Source: Octopus vulgaris
Taxonomy: Eukaryota
Length of the DNA: 64,000 nt
Reading direction: 5' to 3'
NCBI GenBank assembly: GCA_951406725.2
Contig: OX597836.1
Location: 35,712,001 to 35,776,000, forward strand
Made by a program: the position numbers and the translations under genes. Below, in pieces: positions 1-14,691 of this stretch. The notes beneath the pieces are model-generated. The model saw only the letters and a program-made list of their open reading frames with translations. It ran no database searches and had not been told where the DNA came from. Numbering within the stretch: the stretch's first letter is position 1; the number at the start of each line of letters is the position of its first letter.

Positions 1-123
1 TGTTTTAAATTATGATCCCTGTTTCAAATTCGATTCATTCTTCTATTAACATATAACAAAGGTTTTGTGTGTATGTATCACTTCCTTTCTATTTATCTAT
101 ATCAATATCAACACGTTTCTCCG

Positions 124-210
<87 letters not shown>

Positions 211-340
211 ATGCTATTATGAATATATAAGTATCATAAACACTTACAAATATACACGCACACACACATAAATACATGCATAAACACATATATATATATA
301 TATATACATATGTGAGTATATATATATATATATATATATA

Positions 341-455
341 TTACGGCCACACCTCGAATACTGCTGCCCACTGTGGTTTCCCCATACAAGACAAAACATC
401 TCAAGGATTGAATCACCCCAGAGGGCACTCACTAAACGAATTGAAGGTATGGCAA
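341..455 (+). mobile_element. CR1/L2-group LINE ORF2 fragment (post-RT region)
   Basis: Manual translation LRPHLEYCCPLWFPHTRQNISRIESPQRALTKRIEGM matches the RPHLEY..P.W.P....IE..QR..TK.I.G motif of CR1-group LINEs; directly follows a (TA)n tract. Confidence 0.7.
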
Positions 456-939
456 TGCGTTTATATATGTAGAAAGGGTAGTGTAACCTGAGGCAAATTT
501 GGTTGATAACTCTGGTTGGAAAGATAAGCAAGGAAAATTTATTTCCAAAGGAGAACTACACGTGTGATTCTGTGCTCCACGATATTGGTAAAGACATGGA
601 AGTTACAGGAACCGTCACACCTGATTCATTTCCTACTCAATCAGAATTAGCATCTGTTAAACACCACTGTTAATGAAAATAACAGGTTTCTGTCGGAGTG
701 TACGTTCCAAAAGAGATGGAAGAATGTTGCACGAGTGTTGTGCGTACAAGGAACCGTGTAAATAGACGAAACAAAAAACGAAAAAAAAAGGTAGATCGGG
801 GCTTGTGGGGTCGGGGCGTGGCCTGATCATCGCTTCATTTGTATTGTTTTTCTATAGTTAATTCGACTTGATTTTTAGGAATTGTATGTAAATTTCTAAA
901 GTTACATTATATGTAAAATCACATCGCTTCACTGATCCC

Positions 940-1290
940 ATCAGTTGTTCTGTCCATTTCTATGTTTAGCCCCCGGTGGGCAATAAAGAATTTGATATTT
1001 TGTCTGCCGCTACGTCCTGAGTTCAAATTCCGCCCAGGGCGACTTTGCCTTTCATCCTTTTGGGGTCGATTAAATAAGTAACAGTTACGCACTGGGGTCG
1101 ATATAATCGACTTATTCCGTTTGTCTGTCCTTGTTTGTCCTCTCTGTGTTTAGCCCCTTGTGGGTAGTAAAGTAATAGGTATTTCGTCCGTCGCTACGTT
1201 CTGAGTTCAAATTCCGCCGAGGTCGACTTTGCCTTTCATCCTTTCGGGGTCGATTAAATAAGTACCAGTTACGCAGTGGGGTTGATTCTT
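940..1290 (+). mobile_element. SINE family B, partial tandem multimer
   Basis: Two copies of GAGTTCAAATTCCGCC...GACTTTGCCTTTCATCCTTTYGGGGTCGAT, joined through a AAAG(T)AATAGGTATTTCG junction. Confidence 0.8.
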
Positions 1291-1555
1291 TCGCCTCAAT
1301 TTCCTAGGGTGGTGCCCCAGCATGGCCGCAATGTAATGACTGAAACACGTAAGTGATAAGAAAAGTGTGTGTGCGTGTGTTTGTACGTGTGTATAAACAG
1401 GGTTAGAGAGGGGAGAGAGAGGGAGGGAGAAGGGAAAGAGAGTGGGAGAGAGGGAAGAGTGCGAGGAGAGGGGAGAGAGAGAGAGGGGGATAGATGTATA
1501 TGTAGAGGTATATTTGTATATCTGTATGTATGTGTGTGCGTGTGTATATATTTTG

Positions 1556-1595
<40 letters not shown>

Positions 1596-1829
1596 GAATG
1601 TAAATATGTATGTTTATATATATATATATATATGTGTATGTATGTATATATATATGTGTGTGTGTATGTCTCCATGTATATATGTATGTACTTATGTATA
1701 TATATATATGTATAATGAATGTATATATGTATGCATATATATATGTGTGTGTGTATGTATATATATATGTGTGTGTGTATGTCAGCACGTATATATGTAT
1801 GTACTTATGTATATATATATGTATGTATG

Positions 1830-1884
<55 letters not shown>

Positions 1885-2742
1885 ATATAAATATGTATAT
1901 ACATGTAGATATATGTGCGTCTGTGTATAAGAATGTATTTATGTGTGTAATGTATGTGGATATCATTCAGTTTCTTATATATAAGCGAAGTTGTAAGCGA
2001 TATTCGGCAAAATCATTAAAACGATAATTCTTTTGATCTATGTTTGCTGTGATCTTCTTGAACGCAGACTGTTGTGACCTTCTACAATTATCCCGTCGCA
2101 CAGACTACAGTTTGTCAATAACCAATGTGTAATACAGTGAACCATTGATTAGACAAAAAAATTCTATAACAAACGAAGACATTTCTCGTAAAATACATTA
2201 TTTCTTTTACTTATTGCTTTTTTTCTTTTTCGTAACGCGCAAGAGGATAAAGGGAAGCTGTCAATATTTTGTTCAATGAACTGTTGGATGAAGACGAGGA
2301 GTCTCAAAAGAGAGACCCAGCACTAGTTCTTGCCAATGGTCCAAAATATTTCGTTGTACAGTAAAAGCGAATCACAGATTTCATCACCTCTACGAGAACA
2401 AGAGTATTGGCTACGACATCGTACTTCACGGATTCTAAATTCAGAATTCCATCTAGAAAGCTTTGGTTCGCTCGATCACGAACCGCTGGCTAAATTTGCT
2501 CTGTTGGTGATCTCGATCTCGGACCCACATCAGCCAGTTTGTCTCACCGTTAGTAAGGAGAGACGCACAAATAAGAAAGAAGAAAGCAAAAGACCACTGA
2601 TGAGGCCACAGATATGTGACGAAAGAACTCTGGCCGAAATAAGATTAAGATTAATGTAAAAAATAAATAAAGCTGAAGCAAATTAACACCAAATGTGCGT
2701 GTGCTTTTATTGGCTAAACTGGCAACATGACCATTCCTAAAT

Positions 2743-2818
<76 letters not shown>

Positions 2819-2867
2819 AAATAAATGAAAGAATGTAGTTGAACGACGATTTAACAAAATTCCTTTA

Positions 2868-2950
2868 TTTTCGACATATGTTTCGAAGGCTGCATATTCC
2901 TAATTTCGAAGGAATAAAGGGTGCATTATGCCGCCTTCTCATCAGGAAAA
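2868..2950 (-). ncRNA. Minimal type-I hammerhead ribozyme motif (PLE type)
   Basis: Minus strand reads TTTTC-CTGATGA-GAAGGC...GCCTTC-GAAAC-ATAT-GTC-GAAAA: stem I 5 bp, stem II 6 bp at its base, palindromic ATAT loop, GUC triplet; about 55 nt from the (TA)n at 2751-2814. Confidence 0.8.
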
Positions 2951-3404
2951 ACAAGGAACTTATATCAGCATCAAGATTAACAAAAACTTTTAGATGACTG
3001 CCCACACGGAGCCCATAGCGATAATGAGTCTTTCTTTAAAATATTCCGTTATAAGCAGTGACGTCAAAATGGTTGAATGCAGAAGATTCTAAAAGGTTCA
3101 AGGGTTCAAACAAGGTTGGAGGAGAGAGGTCTAAGAATAGGAAGGTGACAGGGTGCAAGTCATATGAATGGTGATGTGTTGTTATTTGGTTTTGCTAGTG
3201 AGATTGAGTGCCTATGTGTGTGTATGTATATAACTGCATTCGTGTCTATGTGTGTGTATGTGTGTGCGTGATTGTGTGTGTGGTTGGGTAGATGCCAAAA
3301 ACAACTAGTGGTGAAGTGACAGGTTTTTGTCTGTGTGTTTGATTGTGCTTACGATAGAGAGAGGGAAAGAGAGAGAGAGGAGGTCGAGGTATGTATATAT
3401 ATGT

Positions 3405-3531
3405 ATAAAAACTTAGATAAAACTTAGATATGTTTCGACCAAAGATTGGTCCAGGCCATGTCTAACTTAATAGCACCACCTGATAGGATTATCTAAATCC
3501 TGTTTAAGTCAAGTTTTGTTTATGGTCCATT
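3405..3531 (-). mobile_element. Very short 3' end of the CR1-group LINE seen at 45226-45680
   Basis: Near-identical to 45295-45411 (GACCAAAGATT...ATGTCTAACTTAATAGCACCACCTGATAGG...TATGGTCCATT). Confidence 0.7.
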
Positions 3532-3601
3532 TTAAAACTAAAAAAAAAAAACTTAAATCATACGTGATTCTGATATCACATAGCATTATACATATATAGG
3601 G

Positions 3602-3968
3602 GAGGCGCAATGGCCCAGTGGTTAGGGCAGCGGACTCGCGGTCATAGGATCGCGGTTTCGATTCCCAGATCGGGCGTTGTGAGTGTTTATTGAGCGAAAA
3701 CACCTAAAGCAGGGGGTCGTGGCGATCCCTGCTGTACTCTTTCACCACAACTTTCTCTCACTCTTACTTCCCGTTTCTGTTGTACCTGTATTTCAAAGGG
3801 CCGGCCTTGTCACTCTCTGTGTCACGCTGAATATCCCCGAGAACTACGTTAAGGGTACGCGTGTCTGTGGAGTGCTCAGCCACTTACACGTTAATTTCAC
3901 GAGCAGGCTGTTCCGTTGATCGGATCAAGCGGAACCCTCATGGTCGTTACCGACGGAGTGCTTCCACC
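3602..3968 (+). mobile_element. tRNA-derived SINE family A
   Basis: tRNA-like head GGAGGCGCAATGGCCCAGTGGTTAGGGCAGCGGACTCGCGGTCATAGGATCGCGGTTTCGATTCCC with A and B boxes; body shared with 8235-8615, 21343-21890 and 31520-31840. Confidence 0.85.
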
Positions 3969-5479
3969 ACACACATATATAGGAACTCATGCTGCAATTA
4001 TATTAGAAGTAGATTGAATTCTTTGCATGTTTTATCTTTCTTCCAAGGAATGTAATGCTCTTAGCTTATTTTTCCTTGGGGCTGGCCAGATTGCAGCAAT
4101 CTCGGGTATAACAAACCGAAATCTGGAACTCGACTGAGGGTAGAAAATTCCAAATGATCCGTCCTTGTTTTCCTAGTATCGCCTGTCTGGATATTTTGTT
4201 GCGACCGGCAAGATCACATGATCATGTGACCTACTAGGCTATCAGATGTTGCTACACATCAGTGGTCGCAATGAACTTTTGCATTGTTTTAGCCTTCAAA
4301 AGGTCACCACCCCGCTGGCTAGGTGAGCAGGCCAACATTCGTCTTTGGGGGAAAGGGGACTGGAGCAACGTGAAATGAAGCGTCTTGCTCAAGAAGACAA
4401 CGTGCAAAAGACCGATAGAATAAGTACTAGGCTTACAAAGAATATGCCCTGAGGTCGATTTGCTTGACTAAAATGCGGTGCTGTAGCATGGCCACAGTCA
4501 AATGACTGAAACATGTAAAAGAGTAAAGAGTTATTTGAAACAGAATGTTGCGAGAGTTAAAAATGGCGTATTATAATTTTCCCTGGTACAGTTGTTTGTT
4601 TTTATTTGTATCCTGATCGAACATACATGTACACGTGTAATAAAAAAAAATCAACTAATTATTCACTCAAATATTACGATATCTATAGACCACATAACAA
4701 ATACGCCATTTTATGTTTTAAGGCAGAATATGAGATTTTTTGTTGATTGGTTCGTCTAACATTTCGAAGATGCCTGAGCGACTGAACAGCCATATCTTAA
4801 CTGCTTCTCCAATGGCTTGTTTGAAAAGTGAATAAAAACTTGTTAGTGAAGTGACAGTGATTTACCAAATAAGCAGCTATAATGTAAAATTATAAAGCTG
4901 TTGGAAAGGAAGGAATTTCCACCGTGTTTCCTGGTCTGCTACCACAACAGCTCTCTTACAGGATCCAGTTAGCTCAAGACATCATCAGGAGGAACCACGT
5001 CCGGTTTCGGCCCCTACTCCTCTACTGTCTTCACGCGATGGGGCCCCTTTTGGAGGTGTCTTTAGCTCTGGTGTTAGGTACATGTCTTCTTTCTTCTATC
5101 TTTTGTTCCCTGACCTCTTCAATGTAGCGTCAGCGAGTGTCAGTGGGCGACTGACTGTCTTGTAATGCGTAAATAAAATTAATAGCTTTGATCACAAATG
5201 TTCGCATTCGGGTTCGATTCCACACCTCAGTAACTTATGAAAATATCTCCTATCAAAACCTAGGATCGATCAAATCCTTGTAAGTGAACTATAGTAACAA
5301 GAGTGTACATGGAAGCTAGATAGAGAAACAGTTCTTGCTGTTGATTGGCTCTGATTAACAGAAGCACTTGCCCCTTTGTTATATTTATCGGGGCTACGCA
5401 CTGGTTCTAGCATTAGGAATACATCTAGGGCTGCACAGAAGTTTTACGTTTTTGCGCAATGGATTATTTTAATCTAAAG

Positions 5480-5740
5480 CAGCGGGTTTCAACCAAGGTT
5501 CGTATAACCCTTGTGGGTGTCTATGTAATATTTTGTTATTAAAATCTATGTACAACAAATTGGTTATACTTCTAAAATACATGACATGTATTTACAATGT
5601 GTTATACAATTTCTAATAAAATATAATTATAAAAATATTATAGGCCTTTTTAAATATCGAATGGCTAGAAGACCCCCACTCTCCGCCGTAAAATTTGGAA
5701 TCAGAAAAGTCGAAAGGCAAAAATGTTTTGGGAACCACTA
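5480..5740. mobile_element. Degenerate hAT/Charlie-like MITE
   Basis: Ends CAGCGGGTTTCAAC...TTTGGGAACCACTA resemble CAG/TAG-type hAT TIRs; TSD only partly conserved (ATCTAAAG vs CTTTAAAA). Confidence 0.4.
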
Positions 5741-6179
5741 CTTTAAAAAAAGTGTCCCAGTACCTGATTTTTTATTATCCATTAAGGACTTACATAGAGG
5801 TGAACGATACAATCACGAATGATGTTACATTAAAGCGCAATTTGGGATCGATAAAAATTTAACATGATTTTATATAAAACGAATGAATAGACAACACAAT
5901 GGACATTTTTTAAACAAATGGAGTGGGGTGGGTTTACGGACCCCACGAACCCCACCTCTTCACTGACCTCGGTTTTTAAGCTTATCTCGCATCCACGAGA
6001 GACCTTTTATACACGACATTCTTCCATCTTTCATCAAACACTTTCTTACTCAAGCACCTCCTCTCCAGCCTTACGTATCTCTTTAGGTGAAATATAAAAA
6101 AATCTCCCAGCACCGAAGTATGGGAACAAGTTTCTTTTGTCTTTCTTCAGCTAACCAAACTATATCAGAAACTCGAGAA

Positions 6180-6412
6180 GGCGGCGAGCTGGCAGAATCG
6201 TTAGCACGCCAGGCGAAATGCGTAGCCGTATTTCGTCTGCCGCTACGTTCTGAGTTCAAATTCCGCCGAGGTTGACTTTGCCTTTCATCCTTTCGGGGTC
6301 GATAAATTAAGTACCAGTTACGCACTGGGGTCGATTTAATCGACTTTATCCCTTTGTCTGTCCTTGTTTGTCCCCTCTATGTTTAGCCCCTTGTGGGCAA
6401 TAAAGAAATAAG
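6180..6412 (+). mobile_element. SINE family B monomer (~230 bp, tRNA-derived)
   Basis: GGCGGCGAGCTGGCAGAATCGTTAGC (A box)...GAGTTCAAATTC (B box)...GCCTTTCATCCTTTCGGGGTCGATAAATTAAGTACCAG...AATAAAGAAATAAG; flanked by the direct repeat AGAAACTCGAGAAG (TSD). Confidence 0.9.
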
Positions 6413-6924
6413 AAACTCGAGAAGAATCGATGTTAGCTTACTTGTCTCGAAACATTTCGTCTTTTATAATGTTATTTATTTAACTCAAACTATTTGCTTG
6501 CTTCATACGTATATCTTATATTGAACACTTAATCTGATACGTATTACACAACTATAAAATAGCAGACTTGCATGAAGATATTGGTGTTTCTGATAGCAAT
6601 CTAATTTACTAATTCATGTTAAGGAATTTATTTCCTGGATTTCTTTAGAAAAAAAGAATCTATTCGTGTCTAAATCCAACAATTTTACTGTATTTAAAGA
6701 ATACTCGGTAAATCATTTCCACCAAATAGCACGAATTAATTTTTTATATGGAACCAGCAAAATCAATACCGTTTTATAAAACGAGCAAAGATCTTTCTCA
6801 CAGAAAAGAAATAACAAAGCGTCAGTCCAATATATGCTGACTTTCTGTAGTTGCGTAATATGAAAGCGAAATAACATTAATAACAAATACACACACAGAA
6901 ACAACGATATTAAGAACGTTAATA

Positions 6925-7044
6925 AAATTAATGATGATAATAATAATAATCATAACAACAACAACAACAATGATAATAATAATAAATATAATAATGATAA
7001 ATATAATAATAATAATAATAATAATAACAACAGCAACAACATTC

Positions 7045-7096
<52 letters not shown>

Positions 7097-7182
7097 TAAT
7101 AATAATAATAATGATAATAATAATAATAACAACAGCAACAAAAGTAACAGCAACAACATTAATAATAATAATAATCGTAATC

Positions 7183-7225
<43 letters not shown>

Positions 7226-7300
7226 TAATAATAATAAATATAATAAACAACAATAACAACAACAGCAACAGCATTCATAATAATAATAATGATGATAATG

Positions 7301-7333
<33 letters not shown>

Positions 7334-7393
7334 GCAACAAAAGTAACAGCAACAACATTAATAATAATAATAATCGTAATCATAATAATAATA

Positions 7394-7432
<39 letters not shown>

Positions 7433-7486
7433 TAATGAACACCAACAACAACAACAGCAACAGCATTCATAATAATAATAATGATG

Positions 7487-7560
<74 letters not shown>

Positions 7561-7597
7561 CATAATAATAATAATAATAACAATAATAATAATAAAT
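6925..7597. repeat. Compound (AAT/AAC)n microsatellite with an internal ~200-bp duplication
   Basis: AACAGCAACAAAAGTAACAGCAACAACATTAATAATAATAATAATCGTAATC occurs at ~7131 and ~7330. Confidence 0.9.
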
Positions 7598-7808
7598 CAC
7601 GTACCCACTGTGAGAATTTGCATCAAATCTCAACAATGTCTAAGGGCTTCTTGATGTAGTTTTATAAATTCTCGGTACATGGAACATGAAACATAGAATA
7701 ACAAATGATTTGTAGACAAACCCAATAGCAAGCTCTGTATAGGTGGCGCTTTGTGTACATTCATTTCTTTTGAATTTCTACTGCATTGACATTTCTGCCT
7801 GGATATAC

Positions 7809-7840
<32 letters not shown>

Positions 7841-7844
7841 TTGA

Positions 7845-7964
<120 letters not shown>

Positions 7965-7969
7965 CATAC

Positions 7970-8023
<54 letters not shown>

Positions 8024-8072
8024 GTATGTATATATATATGTATATATGTATGTATGTATGTATGTATATATA

Positions 8073-8108
<36 letters not shown>

Positions 8109-8234
8109 TGTATTTCTGTATATTTACTCTTTTACTTGTTTCAGTCATTGATACTTGATATTGAGGAAAATTATGGAATATTCTTTTGGTAATTTGCATC
8201 TTCTCAATACCGAAGCATGTCTAAAAGCCATATG

Positions 8235-8615
8235 GAAGCACTCCGTCGGTTACGACGATGAGGGTTCCGGTTGATCCGAATCAACGGAACAGCCTGCTCG
8301 TGAAATTAACGTGTAAGTGGCTGAGCACTCCACAGACACGTGCACCCTTAACGTAGTTCTTGGGGATATTCAGCGTGACACAGAGAGTGACAAGGCCGGC
8401 CCCTTGAAATACAGGTACAACAGAAACAGGAAGTAGGAGTGAGAGAAAGTTGTGGTGAAAGAGTACAGAAGGGATCACCACCATCCCCTGCCGGAGCCTC
8501 GTGGAGCTTTTAGGTGTTTTCGCTCAATAAACACTCACAACGCCCGATCTGGGAATCGAAACCGCGATCCTATGACCGCGAGTCCGCTGCCCTAACCACT
8601 GGGCCATTGCGCCTC
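8235..8615 (-). mobile_element. SINE family A, full length
   Basis: Reverse complement of the 3602-3968 element; flanked by an AAAAGCCATAT direct repeat (TSD). Confidence 0.9.
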
Positions 8616-9314
8616 CAAAAAGCCATATACTGCTCTTTCGTTAAAGATTGTCCTTGTTAACATCAGCCTGAGACAAAGGGCTTTGCAAATTGAAAGGAAA
8701 CCAAGCCTCCATGAAGTTAATTATTAGATTAAATATTGGAAAGGATCATAAACGTTTTTCAAGTAATCATGGAATGAATATGATTAGAGGAAAGGGATAT
8801 TCATGAGGAACATTAAACCTGTATTCGACAGAGCTTTGAAACTCTTAAAAAAAAAACGTATAAAAATGATTAATTTCCCCCACTGTTTTAGAATATGGAG
8901 ATTTGCATGTCTAGTAAAAGATCCATTGAGATGGTAACCATGGTAATCATTATGTTTGCAGTTCAAAGCACCGTTGTCCAATTTATTTGTAGACGCTTCT
9001 TTTGGTTCCAAAGATCAGAAAATAGAAACCATTGTGATGAAAATCTTTAACACCCGCTTCCCGGTCTTCTGATGCGTTATTATGCTGGTAAATTATTCCG
9101 TCATCAACACTAAGCCAATTGTCACTTACGAACCATTGAGGTTTGGTGCATCCTTTTGCTAAAGGTGCAACATTGATTTTGTGGATGCTTTCCTGATTAA
9201 GGTTTTTTTCTGAACCAGGTGTTGTCACAACTTAAACAAATATTAAATTTATTTAAATAATTGCACGAAACACGGTGATCTCTAAATTAGTATAAATGAT
9301 ACAAGTTTATCAAT

Positions 9315-9918
9315 ACCTATTTCTTTACAACACACAAGGGGCTAAACACAGAGAGGACAAACAAGAACAAACAATCGGATTAAGTCGATTATATCGACCC
9401 CAGTGCGTAACTGGTACTTATTTAATCGAGCCTGAAAGAATGAAAGGCAAAGTCGACCTCGGCGGAATTTGAACTCAGAACGTAGCGGCAGACGAAATAC
9501 ATATTTCTTTACTACCCACAAGGGGCTAAACACAGAGGGGACAAAAAGGACATGCAAACGGATTAAGTCGATTATATCGACCCCAAGTGCGTAACTGGTA
9601 CTTATTTAATCGACCCTGAAAGAATGAAAGGCAAAGTCGACCTCGGCGGAATTTGAACTCAGAACGTAGCGGCAGACGAAATACATATTTCTTTACTACC
9701 CACAAGGGGCTAAACACAGAGGGGACAAACAAGGAGAGACAAACGGATTAAGTCGATTATATCGACTCCAGTGCGAAACTGGTACTTAATTTATCGACCC
9801 TGAAAGGATGAAAGGCAAAGTCGACCTCGGCGGAATTTGAACTCAGAGCTTAACGGCAGACGAAATACGGCTAAGCATCTCGCCCTGCGTGCCAACGTTT
9901 CTGCCAGCTCGCCGCCTT
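9315..9918 (-). mobile_element. SINE family B trimer
   Basis: Three ~184-bp tandem units; only the first has the A-box head. Confidence 0.9.
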
Positions 9919-10243
9919 CAGGCTTACGCTTATTGTTAGATCCCCATATACTGCATTATTATTTCTTGCACGTTCTATTGTTGTGTTTATTGAACTCATA
10001 AATCAAAATATGCCGTATATGCTTCTTTGTCACTTCCATTATAACTTTGAAAAAAATAACTGTTAAAATCGAACCCGCACTCTTCAAAACTTGCGCTAAG
10101 AATAAGTAAAACGGAAAAAAATTACTACCTGCTTTTATAACAAGTAGATGCCAGTAGTTTATCCCGTCGCCATCCGACCTTTAGTTCATGCAAATGAAAA
10201 ACCGCATTATTTCTGAGATGGCCTAATATATATATATATGTAA

Positions 10244-10305
<62 letters not shown>

Positions 10306-10807
10306 TTACATACACAAACACGCAAACAGAGACACAGACAGATACACACACACACAAATAGTCACATATATAAATATAGACGTCCACAATCATTCACACA
10401 CGCACACACACACAGACATACAGGTATGAGCCCATACGCACATATGTATATATGAATATATATTATTATATTGAGAAGATAAGAAAAGCTGGGCTGATTA
10501 CGTTGCTGCATTAACTTATATTATTTGCATTTGAATTTTCCAGCAATTTCAAGCAATCAAATACTTAGTTAAGTGGAATGCCTAGAGCAAACAGCTGTGA
10601 CGTATGTACAGACGTCTTGAATTGGCACTGGTGACCTGCTAACATATACAGGTTGTACAGACTTTTAACGTTTTACTTCTATCTGTCAGGCAATGAATAA
10701 ATATCTTTGATTATATATATTGAAGTTTTATATGTATATATATATATATGGTGTGTATTTATGAATACGTATATATACGTATATATCCATCCATACATAC
10801 ACTCACA

Positions 10808-10856
<49 letters not shown>

Positions 10857-10965
10857 GTATATATGTGTTATCATTTCCTTTACATCTTATAATTTAGCAT
10901 TTGCTATGGTGTGTATTTATGTATACGTATATATACGTATATATCCATACATACATACACACACA

Positions 10966-11026
<61 letters not shown>

Positions 11027-12555
11027 ATATTTCGGAAATATTTAAACGTATATATATATATATATATATATGCTGCTATTTCTTTACGTTTTATAATTTG
11101 GCATTTAGTATGGTATATATATACATATATATATGTATATATGTGTGTGCGTATGTGTGTGTGCACGTGTGCGTGTGTGTGTGTGTAAAAATATATACAT
11201 TTATATATGTATATGAATATATATATATGTGTGTGCGTGTTTATATACATATACATACATATATATGTATATATATATATATACATGTACATGCATATAT
11301 AGATAAACTTGTATGTATGATTGTATGTATGTATATTCTTATATACACGCACTCACATTTATATGTGTGTATTTTTGTGTGCTTCTATGCATATGTCCCT
11401 ATGTATATATTCGTTCTACACGCACACATACGTGTGTGTTTTTGTGAGTGTACCTCTTTACTTATGTCCGTATGCCCGTATATTTGAACTAAACATCAAG
11501 GAACGAGCATAAAATGTTAGTGAATATAAAATAAAGCAATTCCAAACACACAACTATTGAAGTTCTTTGTGATTGTTAAACACTTTCAGTTAAATTCTGA
11601 TTCCTTAGAGAAACGTCGAGTTTACTCCAATTTCCTGGAAAGACGATTTTAATTTCCGGCAGAATTGTTCTCCTTTTGCTAAGTGATTCAAACAGAACGG
11701 AGTGAAAAACGAAGGAATTTCCCTTTGTAGCTTCCAACGGATTCTTAATCAAATTTCCTAGGTGGTAACTTTGTGTCAATGAAAACCCCTTTGAATAATT
11801 ACCTTGCCACAGCCATTTGCATTTTTGTGCAAACGTGAATAAGCGATCGCTGTACTATTCGTTGCGATAATGTAGAAGCGTCTACGTGTAAAGAAAGAGA
11901 TAACACGCATACATCAACATAGTCGTCTTTTTCGACATCACGTCGCTTTTATTCTTTTAATGAAATTAACGAAAAAAAAGACATTCCAGAATTTCAGTAG
12001 ATTTATCTGAATACTTGGTTTTCTGCAAACATATTTAAGACCTAAAACTTAAGGAAAAAATAAACAAAAAAACAATACAGTAGTGAAAAGTAGAATAAAA
12101 TCCATGTCAAAATATGTACAGACCGTTTATTAAAACAGATATAACTTGATTAATTATTAAAATATTTTTTCATATTAATCGGTTTTTTTTCCAGATAATT
12201 CGCATACCTGGAACCCATTACGGATGTAAATTGAAGTTTGCCTGTGTATCTCTGAATAAGGAAATATTCTGACGAAATATGATTAAGATAAGAGACTTAA
12301 ATTCATACTGGTCCTACTTATTTGCAAATATAATATCCTGTTCGCAGTTTAGAGCTTAAACAAGTAGATTTTATAGTGAGCAACCTAATGCTCCTCAGCA
12401 TAAGGCAGGAACGTTGTTCAGCAATGTTGCTAATATCATTGCAACAATGCGTTTTTGTATACTTTTGCAGGATTCACTCGTTGGATTCGGGTTTTTATGT
12501 GTTCCGCCTCTAAAAATTTTGGCCACATTATATACCTGTGGATATGTTCATCTCT

Positions 12556-12869
12556 GGCCTGGATGCTAGAAAGAATACCACCCTGGGCGATAGTTACTCC
12601 GGACAGAAGTTTGTTCAATTCTTCATCGTTACGGATTGCTAACTGCCAGTGACGGGGAATAATTCTAGTTTTCTTGTTGTCTCTGCAGCATTTCCACCCA
12701 ATTCCAACACCTCAGCAGCTAAATATTCCATTACAGCAGCAAGGTAGACCGGGGCCCCTGCACCGACACGTTTGGAATAGTTTCCTTTGCGTAGAAGACG
12801 GTGAATACGGCCGACGGGGAACTGAAGCCCGGCACGAGAAGAGCGAGTCTTACATTTTGCTTTTGCCAT
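12556..12869 (-). pseudogene. H2A: Histone H2A pseudogene fragment
   Basis: [60 protein letters not shown], then a 1-bp deletion near 12685, then [43 protein letters not shown]; lacks the N-terminal SGRGK and the C-terminal VLLPKK. Confidence 0.92.
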
Positions 12870-13224
12870 CTGAGAACCCGATAGCGGAGAACAGGGAGGA
12901 AGATACGGTGTTTTGTCTTTAGAAGCTCAAATGTGCCACAAACACATTTTAACTAGAGTTCGTTTATTCCTAATCATTGCTTCGCGCCGATGTTGTTATA
13001 TGATTATATATTCAAAGAAGCTTTGTAGAAACAACGAGATGTAACAATTACTGTGGCATGGCATTAAATGATTACATGCATTAAACCTATTTAACGTGGA
13101 TTATTTGATACAGTATTTGGTGTGCCAAGTAGGACAATAGCTATCGGAGGAACAAGTGAGTCATTTCAGAAGGAAATCTCCATATCAAAATATAAATTGC
13201 ATATGTTTAAACACCAACCCACAC

Positions 13225-13417
13225 ATACACGCACACGCACACACACACACACAAACATACACAAACACAGGCACATATATCTGTATGTATAATATATATA
13301 GATATATATATATAAATACATATATATAAATATATACATATAAAGATATATATATATATTTATGTATATATATACATACATGCATATATATATATACATA
13401 CATATATAAACATATAT

Positions 13418-13460
<43 letters not shown>

Positions 13461-14125
13461 CACATATACACAGTGAAATCTGAATATGTATATTCATTTA
13501 CATTTGCACACATATATGTTCATCCGTACGTTTACACATATGTGCACTTACACGCACACGTACATGTTTATATATATGCATACATACATATATACATAAT
13601 ACATACATATAAACATAAATACATACATACATACATACATATAAACGTACATACATATATACATACATATATACACACATACATACATACATACATACAT
13701 ACATGCACATATACATACATACATATATACATACATATATACATACAAGCATGCATACATACATATAAACTTACATATATACATACATACATATATACAT
13801 ACATACATACATACACACATATATACATACATATATACATACACATATACATACATACATATATACATACATATATACATACAAGCATGCATATATACAT
13901 ATATACTTACATATATACATACATACATATATACATACATACATATATACATACACACATACATACATACATAAATAAATACATACATATATACATATAT
14001 ACATACATAAAAGCATACATATATACATACATACACACATACATACATACACACACATACATACATACATACATACGCACATACATACATACATACACAC
14101 ATACATACATACATACATACATACA

Positions 14126-14157
<32 letters not shown>

Positions 14158-14612
14158 CAGGCGACGGCAACTAATAATTACGCGGATGAGTTCTTGAGTA
14201 AGTAGTGTTTCAATAGCTTATTTTGCTGGGCGTATAATTGATTTTCTCACTGTGGATCACATTTATTCATTAATCTATTCTTAGTTTGGTATATTTGCAT
14301 ATGAGAAATTAACGAAGGGATAATGATTGCACTACAAAATCATTAACGATTGGAGTTTAAATTCTGTCGTTAACTTCTTTTTTCTTTTTGGGTAGAATCT
14401 TTTATTTCGACGTTCCTTCAGTTATTTTGCCATCCAATTTAGATCGGGTGGGATTTCACATAGTTCAGAAATGATTTAAATAAATCCGTTGCTATTTGTG
14501 GGATTAAGCAACAATTTATAGCCAGTTAATACCCGCCGTCTTTAATATAACAAGAGGAATGGCAAAATTTAAATCTTTCTAGGTTTCTCTCTGTGTAACG
14601 AAGAACATATAT

Positions 14613-14691
<79 letters not shown>

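Noticed and set aside
480-770. Cys-rich degenerate coding-like segment, possibly a transposase C-terminus
   Set aside because: Too decayed to assign
2070-2751. Possible solo LTR (TGTTGT...ACAACA with AATAAA)
   Set aside because: No TSD, PBS/PPT or second copy in the window
3602-3675. tRNA-like sequences at the heads of SINE families A, B and C
   Set aside because: They continue into SINE bodies and are dispersed repeats, not tRNA genes
4920-4995. CTGATGA...GAAAC on the minus strand (similar weak hits near 45020, 50600 and 51000)
   Set aside because: Stem I or II is missing, the core is degenerate, or G occupies the cleavage position
8640-9230. Protein-like overlapping ORFs on the minus strand
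   Set aside because: Multiple stops and frameshifts and no family I can recognise; needs a BLASTX
9315-9918. Regularly spaced repeats superficially like a CRISPR array
   Set aside because: Whole ~184-bp units repeat with no unique spacers; eukaryotic SINE multimers
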